A stretch of 64,000 bases of DNA from Antedon mediterranea. Its lineage: Eukaryota > Animalia > Echinodermata. How positions within the stretch are numbered: the first letter of the stretch is position 1; every line of letters begins with the position of its first letter. Positions 46,601 to 61,600 of the stretch are shown piece after piece. The stretch spans positions 35,350,304 through 35,414,303 of the forward strand of contig NC_092671.1 in assembly GCF_964355755.1 (NCBI RefSeq), given 5' to 3'. The notes below the pieces were generated by a model. It was not told the DNA's origin. It did no database searches and worked only from the letters and a program-made list of their open reading frames with translations. The position numbers were made by a program, and so were the translations under genes.

Positions 46601-49600
46601 TTTCTCTAAAAAAAGAAATATAGAGAGTTTACTTTTTTGTTTGTTTTGTGAAGAAAAAAAACCATATAGTGATATAAATGATTAGTGATTACACTTGTTT
46701 GTAATAATTAAATTTTAAAAAGACATTCAGTACAGTATGTAAAACATTTCTTCTTTTAGTCATATGCTAAAACAATTTCCTTTTCAGATTCAATAAAATA
46801 AATGTCTACTTAATTCATTGTTGATGCAGTAATTGAAACCTATTTACTTCGAAGATTATTATTCTTTTAATAATTGAATTTTAACTAGAATAACAGTCTG
46901 TGAGCTCGATATGCAGCCGTAACCTCTTGAATACAATTTGATAAATGGCTTTACTCTAATCAGTCAATTATTTGTAGTTGAAGATCAAACAACACACACT
47001 CTTGAACGCTGATCGATCAATAGTCTCAGATTAAATTGAAAATAAGACGTAGATAAACATTTGGAAAAAAAGTAGTATCTCTGCCCTTTAACTCTCATCT
47101 TGTTTAAATATTAACATAAGTAGAATACAGTCTGTTCTTTTGAATTTCAAGTGGTCTAATGTTAGATAAATACAGTATATTAAAAATATAGTAGACTGTT
47201 GAATACTTCATTTAAACTATGGCATCAGTTATCAGCATTGAACAAAAAGTTTGTTTGGTGTGAACAGTGTTTAACTGGCTATAACTGGATATTGAATTTC
47301 TTCACGTTTTATGATTGGTGATTTTTTTAGTATTGTATGTATGCAGTCAGTTAATTCCGAATAAGACTTTTACAAAAGGTTGTAAATATTCGTCCCTACC
47401 AATGTTAAGGATGGTATTGGGACCATTGACTGTAAAGCAGTGTCTACACTATCAAAGTTCATGTGATGTGCCCATATATGGACACGATGATGTCATATCA
47501 CTACCATATTTGGGTACATCATATATTTTTGATAGTCTCGACAGAGCTTTAGAGAGAAACAATGAAAGGTTTTCTTTTTATTTAGAGACTCATTTTTATA
47601 CTCACTAAAACATGTATTTCTGCAGAAGCTGTGTTGATTTCACAGATTTCCTAAGTTTATCAAAACACTTGTTTAGGTTATTTGGTAATAAACTTATATA
47701 TTCTTTAAATTGACACAGATAAGATGAGGCGGGGCAAACGAGATGGCACACCAGACAAGATGGTGAGTCCCAACAACTCTCAATCACAGACGGAAGAGGA
47801 TCAATCTCTGCAAAGCAAGCAAGTCATCAATGGTGAAGACATCCAAGCTCTTGCCATTGACCTTTCACACTTACAAAAGGTAGTTGAACCGTCAATGTTT
47901 TCTGTCATCACGATCAAAGAAAAGAGAATTGAACTAAAACTAAAAGTGTTTTCTTTTTAAAGGTACGAGCACCTCGACCACCATCAGGTGATAAAGCCAA
48001 AACTGAGGTCACACGAAAGGTTATTGTGAAAAAGATAAAATCCAAGATGGAATTAGATGCTCTGAAAACAAAAACAATAACTGTAGCAAAGCCTGCACCG
48101 CCAGGTGTACCTCTAATGGTAGATGACTACTCAGGTAACCCTCTAACTTACTTTAAAAAAAAAACAAAAAAACCCTTTAACTTGCTGAAAACAAAAACAA
48201 TAACTGTAGCAAAGCCTGCACCGCCAGGTGTACCTCTAATGGTAGAGGACTACTCAGGTAACCCTCTAACTTACTTTAAAAAAACAAACCTCTAACTTAT
48301 TGAAAACAAAAACAATAACTGTACAGCAAAGCCTGCACCGCCAGGTGTACCTCTAATGGTAGATGACTACTCAGGTAACCCTCTAACTTACTTTAAAAAA
48401 CAAACCTCTAATTTACTGAAAACAAAAACAATAACTGTAGCAAAGCCTGCACCACCAGGTGTACCTCTAAAGTTAAAAGAAAGATAAAAACACCACGTCA
48501 GTTTTTAAACGATGCCGATATTTGTGAATACTTATACTTATTATAATTCTAGGTTGCAGTGGGCTTCGATTTGATGTCAATGGTCAGATCATACCGCACA
48601 GCATTCTTGGAACTATAGACGACTTCAAATATGAAGCAATGATTCGAGGGCATATGACGGTAAAAGAGAATTATTTTGTTTTTTGTCACACCTAAAATAA
48701 TGGGTTATATATGATTTGAACCCAAGAAATAGCGATAGAACTGGAAAGCATATGTATACATTAAGTGGCAATCTTTGTATCATTTGTTTTTTTTTTCAAA
48801 AAGTACCGGTGAATGGTAATATTGTTTTAATTTCAGTCGCCACATAATTTAGAACCACCAGACCGCCCTCAAACTCCTAAAGTTAAATTTGAAAAACCTG
48901 AGAAGGAGGTGACGCCAAGAGACGCTTTTCTGAACGAGAACAACGCCCTCAGAAATTGGCAGATGAAAATGTTGGAACGGAAAAAGACACAGGGATACAT
49001 ATCTAGTATGTTACATTTTTATATTTTAAGCCTTATAGATAATTATTAACTAATAATTATCTATAAGGCTTAAAATATAAAAATGTTGGATATCTATGCA
49101 TAATTATATAAAACTTCAGTAGAGTATGGTATGGTTTATGTGACAAAAAATTATCTATAAGGCTTAAAATATAAAAATGTTGGATATCTATGCATAATTA
49201 TATAAAACTTCAGTAGAGTATGGTATGGTTTATGTGACAAAAAAAAATGTGATGTGCCCATATATGGATATGATGTTGTCATATCACTACCATATTTGGG
49301 CACATCACACTTTTTTTGACAAATTTGATACTGTAGACAGAGCTTTTTAAATTTATATTTATCTATTTGATGAATACCGACAGAACAAACATGAATCTAA
49401 CTATATTTCAACTTTTTCCAGAACTGCTTTTGAAGCCAGCAGACACATTAGTGATGAACCAAGCCAAGGATTACCGTGAAACACAAGAGGAACGATACCG
49501 ACTTGATAGAGCTATTCCTGCAGTACAATATGGCAAAGGATGTAAGTGAACATCTATCTCTATTACATTCTAAGAAGGATTATTTCATTCTGGAAATTAC

Positions 49601-52600
49601 CTCACATACATACATTGATTAAACTACTGTATAACATGAGTTGAATTGAAATATATATTTATACTGGGTAACCTCTTCAGTCAAAGACTGGTCTCCCAGA
49701 GGGTGATCAGTGGCTGTGATGTACTAGTACACCGGGGTAACCCCCTACTCGTCTCGAAAGATGTACTAGGTTCTTTAAAGTGCACACGAGCTAGATGTGT
49801 ACACTGAACCTACGGTTTATAGTCCTTATCCGAGAAGACTCGTTCTACCACCAGAACCATGGAGTGAGTGAGCCTCGAACCCCTGCCGATGTTATGGCTA
49901 CGTAATTACGGTTCCACTGTCTTAACCGCTCGGCCACTCACTCACTCTAAAACATGTTTTGTAATAGCCATTATATTAACTTTGCAGATCGAGTTGGAAG
50001 TGAATTCTGGAAACAACAGGAAAGAGTAGGAGATGAGCTCTCAGGAATACAGTAAGTAGAAATACATTAAATAAACAGTTAGTTAAACAACATGAAAACA
50101 CCCCTGGTTTAATGGTAGAGCATCATGTCTCAGTTGTGGCAAAATCTTGTTAAATTTGAAGAAAAATACAAATATTTTTGTTTTACCTTTTTACCTAACT
50201 TTATAATTGTGCTTGATTTGCAGTATGACCTTAACTCAGACAGAGCGTGGGTATCCACCACCAGTAGAGCATATTGGACATCCGGATGTTATCAAACAAG
50301 AGATAGGTCAGTTTCAGAATTTTCATTTTAAATGCCAGTGCCTCCAAAAGATCCATTTGAATTTGAGATTTTTTAAAGTTCTAATCAAATTTTTATTTAT
50401 TTTTCACACCAAGGTGTTCAACTTGAAGGCGTTCGCTCATCTACACCCGTTAACTACCCATGGAAGAAATCAAGTTACTTTAAAGATTGGAAGAATACAC
50501 TAAGGGATGTTGATATTGATCTTGATGAGTTCAAACCGGTAGGTCACAGGTCAAAATAATTGTAGTGCTATAACATCTGATAAACAGTGACGGTGACAGA
50601 ATTGGTGGTGATACATTGAATTAAAAGTTACTTACATTTATTTGATAGGATTTGGCAAATTTACAAGTAATTGGTCGGAATAACTCTATGTTGATGGCAG
50701 AAAACGAATATCGAGAATCACTTCAAGAGAGCTCCCTTCCAGAATATATACCTGAAAATGAGGAAAATATGTGAGTGTGTTGATTTTAAAACTCTGTCTA
50801 AACTATTAAACTTTATGTGGCAAAAAAATGTGATGTGCCCATATATGGTGATGTATACATGATGATGTCATATCACTACCATATTTAAGCATATCACTAC
50901 CATATTTAAGCATATCACTACCATATTTGGGCACATCATACTTTTTTTTGTCAAACTAGTTCAATAGTGTAGACAGAGTTTTAGGATTTATATACATACA
51001 TTTGACCACTAATCGTATGAAAAATTCTTTTTCTTACTAGTGACCCATTGGCCGGACAACCAGATATTGAACAACCATTTATCGGACCATCTCTACAGTT
51101 CAACGATTTCACAGCACGCTGGGGTGGTGACAGCCATAGCATGAAGGGAAAGCTTGCTAACTCAGCGAGGGTGACGTTTGAAGCATTTGCAGGTGTTCGC
51201 AATACCTCACACCTGTATCTTGTAAATGATGGTACTACCACGATCTATTATAATTGGAAGGTATTGTTTTTGTTTATTTTATGCTTAGAATATTTGCATT
51301 TAATAAGTAACAAATTCCGAGATTTAGGTCAAACATTATTTTACAACCTCTGTACCAAGTTCAGGCCTAGTTATTTACCCAGGTAAGTTGGTTTCATAGG
51401 CCAATTATCACTAACTTGGGTGGGTAGGATAAACAAAGTATGAACAGGCCCATAAGTTAAAGGTACTTATATCTCCCACAATTCCCTTTTACCATGATCA
51501 TGTGATAGCATAGTACTAAAGAACAAGTAGACAAGTATTGTTTTCTTTCCAGAAAATTCCAAAAATAAATCCATTTGAGGGTTGTGCAACGCCAAAAACA
51601 CAGCGGTTCTACTTCAACACAAGTAGTGGCGTGCTTCTGCCCGGAGACAGCCTCAAGTTTCCATTTGTCTTCAAGTCACCAAACTCTGGCATCTTTACTG
51701 AGAAATGGCATCTGGAGACCAAACCTGTAGTCTGCAATGGTGCTGATCTGGAAGTGGTACTCCGAGGAGTTGCTCTAAAGGAGGATAAAAACAAGAAAGC
51801 TAGAAATGAACTTGAGGTAAGTCTTTATAAGGTTTATATAAAGCTCTGTCTACACTATCAAACTTTATGTGACAAAAAGGTGTGATGTGCCTAAATATGG
51901 TAGTGATATGCTTATGGTAGTGATATGACATCATCATGTCAATATATGGGAACATCACATTTTTTTGTCAGATAAAGTTTAATAGTATAGACAGAGAAGA
52001 AGTTTTATAAGGCAGGGAAATTTTGAATGACATGGGGACCTGTATAAAATACTAGGGAATAGATAAACTTTGGCCCATAGCATTTCATTTCTAAATCGAA
52101 TTACTTAATCTTGAAATCTACTTTTTAAATGTATTATTATTTAAACAGATGGAGCTACTACACAAGCAAGCCGTGGCAAATATTCGCATGATTGTTGACG
52201 AAATTATAGCAGGTGTTCGCACCCCTGACAGAGCACGGTCTCCGGTGGATGCTTACATTACTGATGAAGAAGTGTTTGAAAGACAAAACCCAGGGGTATG
52301 CACATGTGAATACACTTTATGTATTATGTTTAGTTTTGTATTTGTTTTGAATAGGCTAATATGAAAGGCATTCAACCATAGAAAGGAGACCAAAATAGGG
52401 AAATGAAATATGTGGAGACAGATGGTTAGAAAAACACTTCAGTTTTGGCCGGGAGACTCCAATACTTTAGACTTGTCTCCCACCAAATTCCAAATTTTCT
52501 CAAAGATAACTGAATTTTGATGTATATGTTTGGTTTTCTGCATTAAAATACAACAAAAAGGCTTACAAGACGCAAGCAAATTTACGATCTTTAAAGCTCA

Positions 52601-55600
52601 GGTACAGGCATAAATTTTTAATAACATTTTTGGTTAATTGTACATAAATCAAATATTTGTAACAGAAATCAAGACTAAAAAACATGAATTTCCCTTAATA
52701 TGGTCAAATACAAAATTTGGCAAAATTCTTCCATAAAAACCAGGAAGACTTTATTTCAGTAGTTAGGTAGTTAACCTAATGTAATAACATATCTGGTGAC
52801 TCCCTAGAAGGTGAAAAAAGATGGTGGATATACGGTGGATAATTTTTGCTGTAGCATGAAAATAAAAATCTGAAGTTTAATAAAAATACCAGAAATGTAA
52901 TATTCAAGTTATATTACCTATATTTATTTTTTACCACACTGTTTAGTTTTCATAGCTTTTTAAAATGCCTCTCTATTTACAAAATTTGTGTACAAAAGAA
53001 TAGAGATTTTACTGTGTAATTTAAACTATCCCCCCACTGATAAGAAAGTGCTTATTTTCAACAAGCTCGTGTAACACAAATTAAATCCCAAAAATTATGA
53101 AACATAGGGGAAACTATAGATCGATAATTATTGGAATGTATGATCAATAGAAATGTTGTGCCCGCACCTGGCCTAAAGCCATCTGCAGCCATAATTTGTT
53201 TGTTTGTTTTTCTCAATGGAAAGGGGATTTCCCCATTACTCTCAATAATAGATAAAGGCCGCTGTTGATCTGGAAAACACCACCTCTCAGTTTTTTAACT
53301 TCAGATGTTGCCATTAGAAAAGTAAATAACCAGACCTGGATTTTCATTGTACAAAGATAGTTCTGTTGTTAATTGTTATATTGACCTATATTCATTTTGT
53401 TAAGCTCTGCACAGTTTAATAAAAATATATTTACTTTGAACAACATATATATGATTACTCTTCCGATAAACCTTCCCATCATTTTATTTCCTTATAACCA
53501 CTTGTATAAATGTTCAAATGAAAAAAATCTGTTTTTTGTAGATGCATTTCTCAAATGATGTCATCAACCAGTTAAAAGAAGTATACCTGGAGCAGTTTCC
53601 TGAGGAAGAAAAAGAGGGAGTGAGTTGGGATCTTTCAGTGTCCAATATGAAGAAGGAATTAATGGCTTTAGAAGATGAAGATCTCAGAGAAGAACTACTA
53701 AATAAGATGAACATGGCTGTTTCTTCTTTGTACTTTCCTCCCTTTACTCCAGCACAATCAAAGATGTACACAGTAGGGTGAGTGCTAATTATAGACTGTT
53801 GGTATAATTTGATAATAATACTAATTAGTTATTTATATTTAATGCATAACTATTATATAATCTTTTTTGCAGATATAATGTGCTCAGTGAGGTAATGGAT
53901 AAAATGGTGACACATGCAATGATCCTTAGGAATATGTTAGGCATGCCAGAGAAAGAAGAAACCATGCCAGAGACAGACCAGAGTAAGTATTAATAATACT
54001 CCTTTGACAACACCTAGCAAAAATCTGGAATTTTACACACATCAGGGTGTCAACACAGCGTTTTGTTTGGTGTATGTAAACTCTGGTGTCTAACTATGCG
54101 ATGTGAAAGGGTATAAAAGAAGTGCCAGAAATATCAATACTGTCAATTATAAAGTGAAAAATTATTATTAAACATTGAAGTGGAGTTGTGGCTTGGTGGT
54201 TATGATGCTTGGCTACCAAACCAAGGATCCGATTCAAGTACGGTCATAATCATAATGTCAGGATTTTTTCTAATGACAAATTACAGCTACGCACACCAAA
54301 AGACTTGTAATAAGACTTTGTTTATGTAAAGCATCTTGTGTATATATGTTTGTCTTGTGAATGGGATTTGCCACCTTTAAGAAGGATAGTGAATAAATTC
54401 GCTTATGGTTATCCTTGGCAATTTGCCTAAATATATAAAAACAAAACATTTACAGTAAAACCCCTTTTTTTGGATACCAAAAGTGTTCCCTTATCAGGTT
54501 CTACTGTAAAAGTGAGGAAGTGAGGTGTAATATACATATCTCTTTATTGTCAAAATGTAATATAATAATAAATAATATTAATTAAATTGCTCAACTTTTT
54601 GACAAAAAGACCAAATAAAAAGCTTTCGCTTGTCTGGTTTTTGCCTTGTAAGTGAAATATAAAGAAATGATTTAACAGACGATAGTTATTGAATGAACCA
54701 CTTGTGAAAACCCTAGTTCCACCTCACTTTCCTTCTAACGTTTCATTGATACATTTTGATTATAATCCAATAATATCATTACAAGATAATTATGTGTGCC
54801 AAAACATACTAATTGATTATTCTCTCATGTTTCAGTTCTTGCAGCAAACGAGAATCTACGTGGCTTAGGTAAGTAAGATGAACCAACGTTATGTTATCAT
54901 GTTCCTATCGTTACAAATACATTTGACACTTGATATCTAGCATGTCGGAACTATCGGTCGACAAATAGTCTAGCGCATTAAAGTGAGTGTTCAAAAAAGT
55001 CTCTAAAAACATTAATAATTTTAATTCATTTTGATAAATGGTATTGTATTCATTAAACATGTGTACGTTAATTTAGGGAATGCGTTCATTTGCATAAATT
55101 AAAATTAAAGAAAGTGGAAAGTCAGTGTTTAATAAATTATTGAATAATTGTTAGTTTGTTAGGGTGAATTTCGAGCCGCGACTTCTACAAGCAGATCAAT
55201 AAAATGTATATACATTACATGCTATGGTGCTTCACTGCGCAAACTGACACGAGGTGTTACTTTCATTTTGATTATGTAGAAATAGCAAAAATGTTCGCAT
55301 ATGTTACTTTATATAGATTAAAGCACATGAACAATGTATGCAGTGCTGTGTGCTGTTTGCCAAGTCTCAAATAATGTTATGATGTTTATTTCATTTGCAC
55401 ATTTTATTTTCACAATTTTAAAAATCACCACTAAATCTACCAACAATGGCGCTACACATTGCTACTGACAGTGAAGGATAAGAGTAAGTTACTGATGAGG
55501 ATACAAATGATTATTTTCTAGTTCATGCCTTGCAAACATGTACCTATCATTCTAACTACCTCATGAATCTTGCCATCATTAGTATAAATATACCAGTCGC

Positions 55601-58600
55601 TCTAATTAAAAACTTACATTTAGCATTTTTCAAGTCCAGTGCGAACAAGGCTTTAGTGACTTGTTCTAACTTAAGCTCTGTCTACACTATCAAACTAGTT
55701 TGACAAAAAAAGTGTGATGTGTCAAAATATGGAAATGATATGACATCATCATGTCCATATATGGACATGTAATAGCATTTTTTTGTCACAAAAAGTTTGA
55801 TAGTGTAGACAAGGCTTTAGAGAAGCATTGTCGAAGAATCCAGTAGTAGTCAATTTTTTGCAAGCACAAATTACGATACTGTTCTTAAAAATGCATAATG
55901 ATTAGCGCCAAAAGTGAGCTGGTTTTGGTTGGTATTTTCTTTTCTTTTTTTCAAATTTATTTCCACTTTTTCTCTCTTTATCATTCATAGTCATCTTCAT
56001 AGATAAACAATTTATTTTGTTTGATGTGTTTTTTTACTTCCCAATTGAATCTTTAATTTCAAAATTACTAATTATAGAATATTGACATTCATATAGAAAT
56101 TCCTAAATTAATTAAATCTTATTTTTAATATCTCGATTGCTGTGAAATTCATTTATTAATACCTTTTTCAATTAATTTTTATTCATGATTTTTTTTATTG
56201 CCATAGTGTGGAAATTTCAGTTTAATTTTGCAATGAGAGTTTTTCATTCCCTTATTTGCCAAATTTATCTTTTTTATTATAATGTACCTTATTTCATATG
56301 TCCTTTTATTTTGTCAAATTTGTGCTTTATTTTATCAAATTCCAAAACATTAATAATTTTATTTAACTTTTAAAAATTATATACAGTACCATATTTTCAT
56401 ATTATGTGACCTTATTTGCATATGTACCCTTATTTGCATATGTTACCTTATTTGCATATACTTTACCCTTATTTTACCATATTTATTAACATAATCATGT
56501 ACCTTATTTGCATGTGTTTTACACAGTTTGCACTATACAGTTTATAATATCAGTTTGGGATTGTAAATTTATCACTATGATATCATTTCATTGCAAGCTA
56601 CAAAATTCAGTTAGAACGTGATGTTAAAGTCATTTTATTTAATATTGATTTTTAGTTCCTGACCTATAATGGATTATCATTATTATTATTGCTATTTTCT
56701 AAGCATGATAACAATATAATTATTAACTCTGCATTGGAGTTTATTGTAAATTATATCAAGAAAGTACAATGACAGTACAGCATGGCAATTTTGTTTGATG
56801 ATGACTTGCATGGCAATTTTGTTTGATGATGACTTGCATGGCAATTTTGTTTGATGATGACTTGTATGGCAATTTTGTTTGATGATGACTTGTATGGCAA
56901 TTTTGTGGTCGAAATATGATGTGCCCATATATGAACATGAGGATGTCATATCACTGTCATTGGGCATATCACTACCATATTTTGGCACATCACACTTTTT
57001 TTGTCAAACTAGATAGATAGTGTAGACAGAGCTTTAGTTCATGTTCCTCCTTTTATAAATAACAATGAATCATGTATTAAATAATATTTAATAAAAATGG
57101 TAGTCTTATAGCGCCTAATACAAAGGTTAAAGTGCTTTACACAAAAAAAATGATCCATAAATATCATAAGATACCGGTAACCAAACAAAAAGAACTAAAG
57201 CAGAGAAACCATTTACACCGCTCCGTTCTCCAGCACTTTGAAGCTCCCATATGAGAGCTCGCCGGAACAGTATTCACAGGAGCTTGAGTGAAAAAGGCAT
57301 CTGTCTATCCTATCCTACCAAAATAAGATGAAAAAAGATCAGCATTAATTATCAATAAACAGAAGATTACAAACAAATATACTCTTACATAAATATAACA
57401 AAATATATTTAATATATTGTTTAAGCTAAAAGTATAATGATTTATAATGCTCTGTTGATTGATTGCTTTTTGCTAGTAATATTGTTTCCTTTTTATTATT
57501 CATCAATTCTTATTTCTGTGAACGCTAAATTTAGTATCATAAATTGAACGACTGGAAAACATTTACATGCGAGTGCAGTAGAGAAAGTGTGAATCGCACG
57601 CTTTCAATTTGTTTACAGAGACAACTAAAAATTGCCTAATGACTTTCAGAAAGTGCATTCTTCTTATATTTCCATATAATGTGTTTTTTTATTGCTGAAC
57701 AATAATCTTAATCAGATACACGACCCAAGAGGCTGATACAGATATTGAATTAAACAGCATTGTTGAAAATGACTAGGAGCTTGCTTGTGTTTTTTATATT
57801 ACCAATTATTATGAATTGTTTGACAGACAATGTGGCTACTTATTTTTCATATAGGTTATGTCTTCTAAATTTTATTAAAACATGTAATGTCAATTGTTAA
57901 AGATGTATTGTCCCCCTGAAAAAATAATTATTGACAATTTATTGTTGAATATGCCATTTTAATGTCACATAATAGTTATCCACTTTGACCAAAAATTAAA
58001 TCGAAAACAAATTTATTTACCTGAAAAAACTTTAATTCAAAGCAAGAAATAGTCAAATTGGCTGCCATTTTGGTCTTTATTTTGTCATTTTATAAGTGAA
58101 AACGTAATTTTTTTCGTTTTTTCTCCTCTGGAAGTGATTAAATTGATTAAAACTACAAAATAACCTATTCAAAGTCTGATTTAATTAATCTTTTTTTTGT
58201 TTTTGGGGGACAATACATCTTGAAATTACATGCAAAATAATTCTACAGTAATACACAACAATCTAAATGATGTAGAAGTGTGTTGTAATATATTCATTTT
58301 GTTAAATATTTAAATTAGTGACGTCCAAAATGTTGTTAGGTTTGCACTCAATTTGATATATTTAATTGAAGTATTGTTATTCTTATCTATATATATTTTT
58401 GCCGTAAGCTATATTTGCGTTAAAAAAATCATTAAAAAGATATCGGATACATAGTGAAAGCATGTTAGAAATCCCTCGTAGTAGATCATCTTCTTACGAA
58501 TGTCGTTTCCACTTTAATTTACAGTCGTCTCTGCTTTGCCACATTAATGTTTAATTCCCAAATTGACTAAAACTCTTTCCATCGTGATTTCAAACATGAA

Positions 58601-61600
58601 AACAGGAAACCTTGTTTTGCATACTTGCTACAACTTGAGGAAAAAAAAACTGAATAAAATTCATTATTTATTTTAGAAAGTAATAACTTTTAATATTTCT
58701 TATAATTTCTATAAGTCTTCCATTAAAAGAAATAACATTGTACTTTTGATTATATTAAGTAGAATTAATATCATTTATAGTGTCCCCCTGAAATATATAT
58801 TTTTTAAAAAATGGGTGTTCAATATGTCATTATAATGTCACATAATAGTTATTCACTTTGGATTAAACACAAATTATTACCTGTAAAATGTAAGTTAAAG
58901 CAAAAAATACCAACATTTTCTGTCAATCAGTTTTTGGTTAAAATTAACCATTCTATTTTTTAGGTGAAATTTTTTTTTCTAAAGTGAATAATACCCAAAA
59001 TTATGTTCTAAAAGTCTAATTTTATTAGTCTTCATTTTTCATGTTTTTGGGGGACAATACATCTAAAGGTTTAACCATCACTTTTTTTTATGAAATTATA
59101 ATTTATTTACTTTAGGAGAAAAGAAGAAAAAGAAAGACAACAAAGAGGAGGACAAAAAAGATGGAAAGAAAGACAATAAAAAGGGAAAAGGGAAAGAAAA
59201 AGAGGTAAAAAATATCATCAATTTACTTGTTAATCTGTCATTTTTACAGAATCCATTTCATAAAATAATACATTTCATAACCTTTAATAATATTAGTAAT
59301 TTTGTTTTAATAACACTTTCATGGGCATTTAATTTTTGTGATTAACATTTTATTTGAAGATAGTACGGTTACCCCATTCAATGCTTAAGGCTAATTCAAC
59401 TAGCACGAAATAGCCAATTATTACTAACCAATAAATCATTCAATCCAATTCCAAAACACTGGAAGTTTTTTTTCTATAAAAAACGAAATACAGATTATTG
59501 ATCTCGTTGAGTTCCGACTGACTGCATTATGGGTAATGACATGCAGTCATCGCCCACAGAATACCCAATTATGTATAATGATTTTAATAGTCGCGACACA
59601 GACACGTTTTTGTGTTTAAGTGTAATTTTACTTGTCAACAGTTACCGGATCTTTGCACTGACTGCGCATTGTGAATTAATTTTAAAGTGTCTATTCCTAA
59701 AAGCCTATTATAACCTAATGACAAACATAGTAGAATGATAGAATGACCTCTGCTTTCCAATAAACCGCCGTCACATGAAGTTGGCATCTTCAGTTTAATA
59801 ACATTAGCTCATACAGTACAAGTTGTGGTCTGTCCGACAAATCGTAACAAATTTCCACGTAAACATCAGGAATTTATTACAAGGGATAACTATGAATTAA
59901 CGTACGAAAAACAAAGACAGAAAACACATCAGAAATCATAAAAATAACACATTTGTCAGCAAAAACTGTGCTAAAGTTGAAACACACCCTTATGCTTATT
60001 CTAAACCTAAACTAAGACTCAACCACCAAGACTTACAATAAATAAACCACTTGAGTAAATACACTATATTATCCACAGCCTCTGGAGCTAATTACTTTAT
60101 TTTATATCTACACTTGCATTAGTTTTATTTGCAATATGTATTGGATAATGGTAATATTCTATTCTGAATTGTATAATGAATTAGAAAACCTCTTTGTTAT
60201 ATTGTAAATACGTTTTATAGTAAATGATTCTTCACACAATGCTTCAAATATTATTCAATATCACCATTTTCAATAAGAGCAATTTTTTTTTTTGTAGTAA
60301 TTGTACTTAAACTCAACATGAATTTGAACCATAATATAGTACATTAGTAAATGATATGTCATGCAGCTGTTTATTTGTCTTTTTTTCTGTTTAGGGGTTG
60401 GTATAAGACAAGTTATTGTACTTCTCTTTCTGATCCCTGAAACAGCTCCTATTTATTGTTATTTATTGTAAATGTATGCTTGTTATTTTTTTTCTTGGAC
60501 GGTTTTAAATAAATGTGAATGAAAATTAGTTATAATACTGCATTTCACAGGATAAAGAGCGACCCAAAAGTAAGAACAAAGCGAAATCAAGAATGGCCGC
60601 AAGCCCCACTCCAACAAGAGAGAAGAAAACAACAGTCATAAAAGCACCACCGTTACCAAAAGACATGAACCCAGTCAGCTGTGGAGACCCAGTACTAGAT
60701 ACAAAGTTTAGGTCTAAGCTTTATATACAGGTATGGACAGCTCAACCCGTTATACCCTGGCTCCTCAATTTAGTTATTTAATTTAATACATTTAATTTTG
60801 ATTGAAACTTATAATGTACGTTTGAAAACAGAAATTGGAAACCGCTACATTTCATTTAAGAAGACCAAATTATTGATATTTCATATAAACAATTGCAATT
60901 CGATTCGGTCATAATATGGTTTATTATTAAAATCAAATTATGCATTGCCTCCAAGGCATTATTTTGATTTGATTTCCTATATGAATATTTTATCAACTGC
61001 AGTAAAAGCAAAATGCAAATAACAGATCCACAGAATAGTCTAGTGTATAATTAAGTACTGTATGTCAAGTTGACTAGATTTGGTAGATACACCAGAAAAA
61101 CTCTCTGAAAATCTTCTTCTTTTCTTCTCCTTCTTCCTCTGAACGTATCTAACTAATATCACATAAACTTTCTTAATAACAAGCATTCAGTTATGGAATT
61201 CACTCCCCTATTTTGTTCAAAGCTCCTCTTCATTACAATTATTTAAACAGAGATCAAAAGGTTATTTTTGTGAAATTCTTAGATTAAGAGAAATTTAATT
61301 TGCTATTTGTTTGTGTATTATGTTTAAGTAATTGTGGTTTTCCTTGTTTATTCTGTTATATTTGTTTAGGACCACAATGGAAATAAGTTTGCCGTCTCGG
61401 TACTTTTTTGTGTATTTATCCTATTGATTTTATATCAGAATAAAGAAATAAAAGATTCTTGCCTTTCAAGCTCAAATGTAGTACAGGGAAACCCCTCCTT
61501 TGGGACACCCCTATTGAGGGGGGGGGGGGGCAGTTTCCTGTGAAATAAATGGGTGAAATACAATATTAAATACTATATATAAATCCAAAGGAAAATTACG

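Noticed and set aside
49860-49945. tRNA gene
   Set aside because: A and B boxes are present but there is no complete cloverleaf, and the segment continues into a body repeated four times in the window, so it is a SINE head.
52261-52285. CTGATGA...GAAA hammerhead-like motif
   Set aside because: It is inside MYCBPAP coding sequence and lacks convincing stems.
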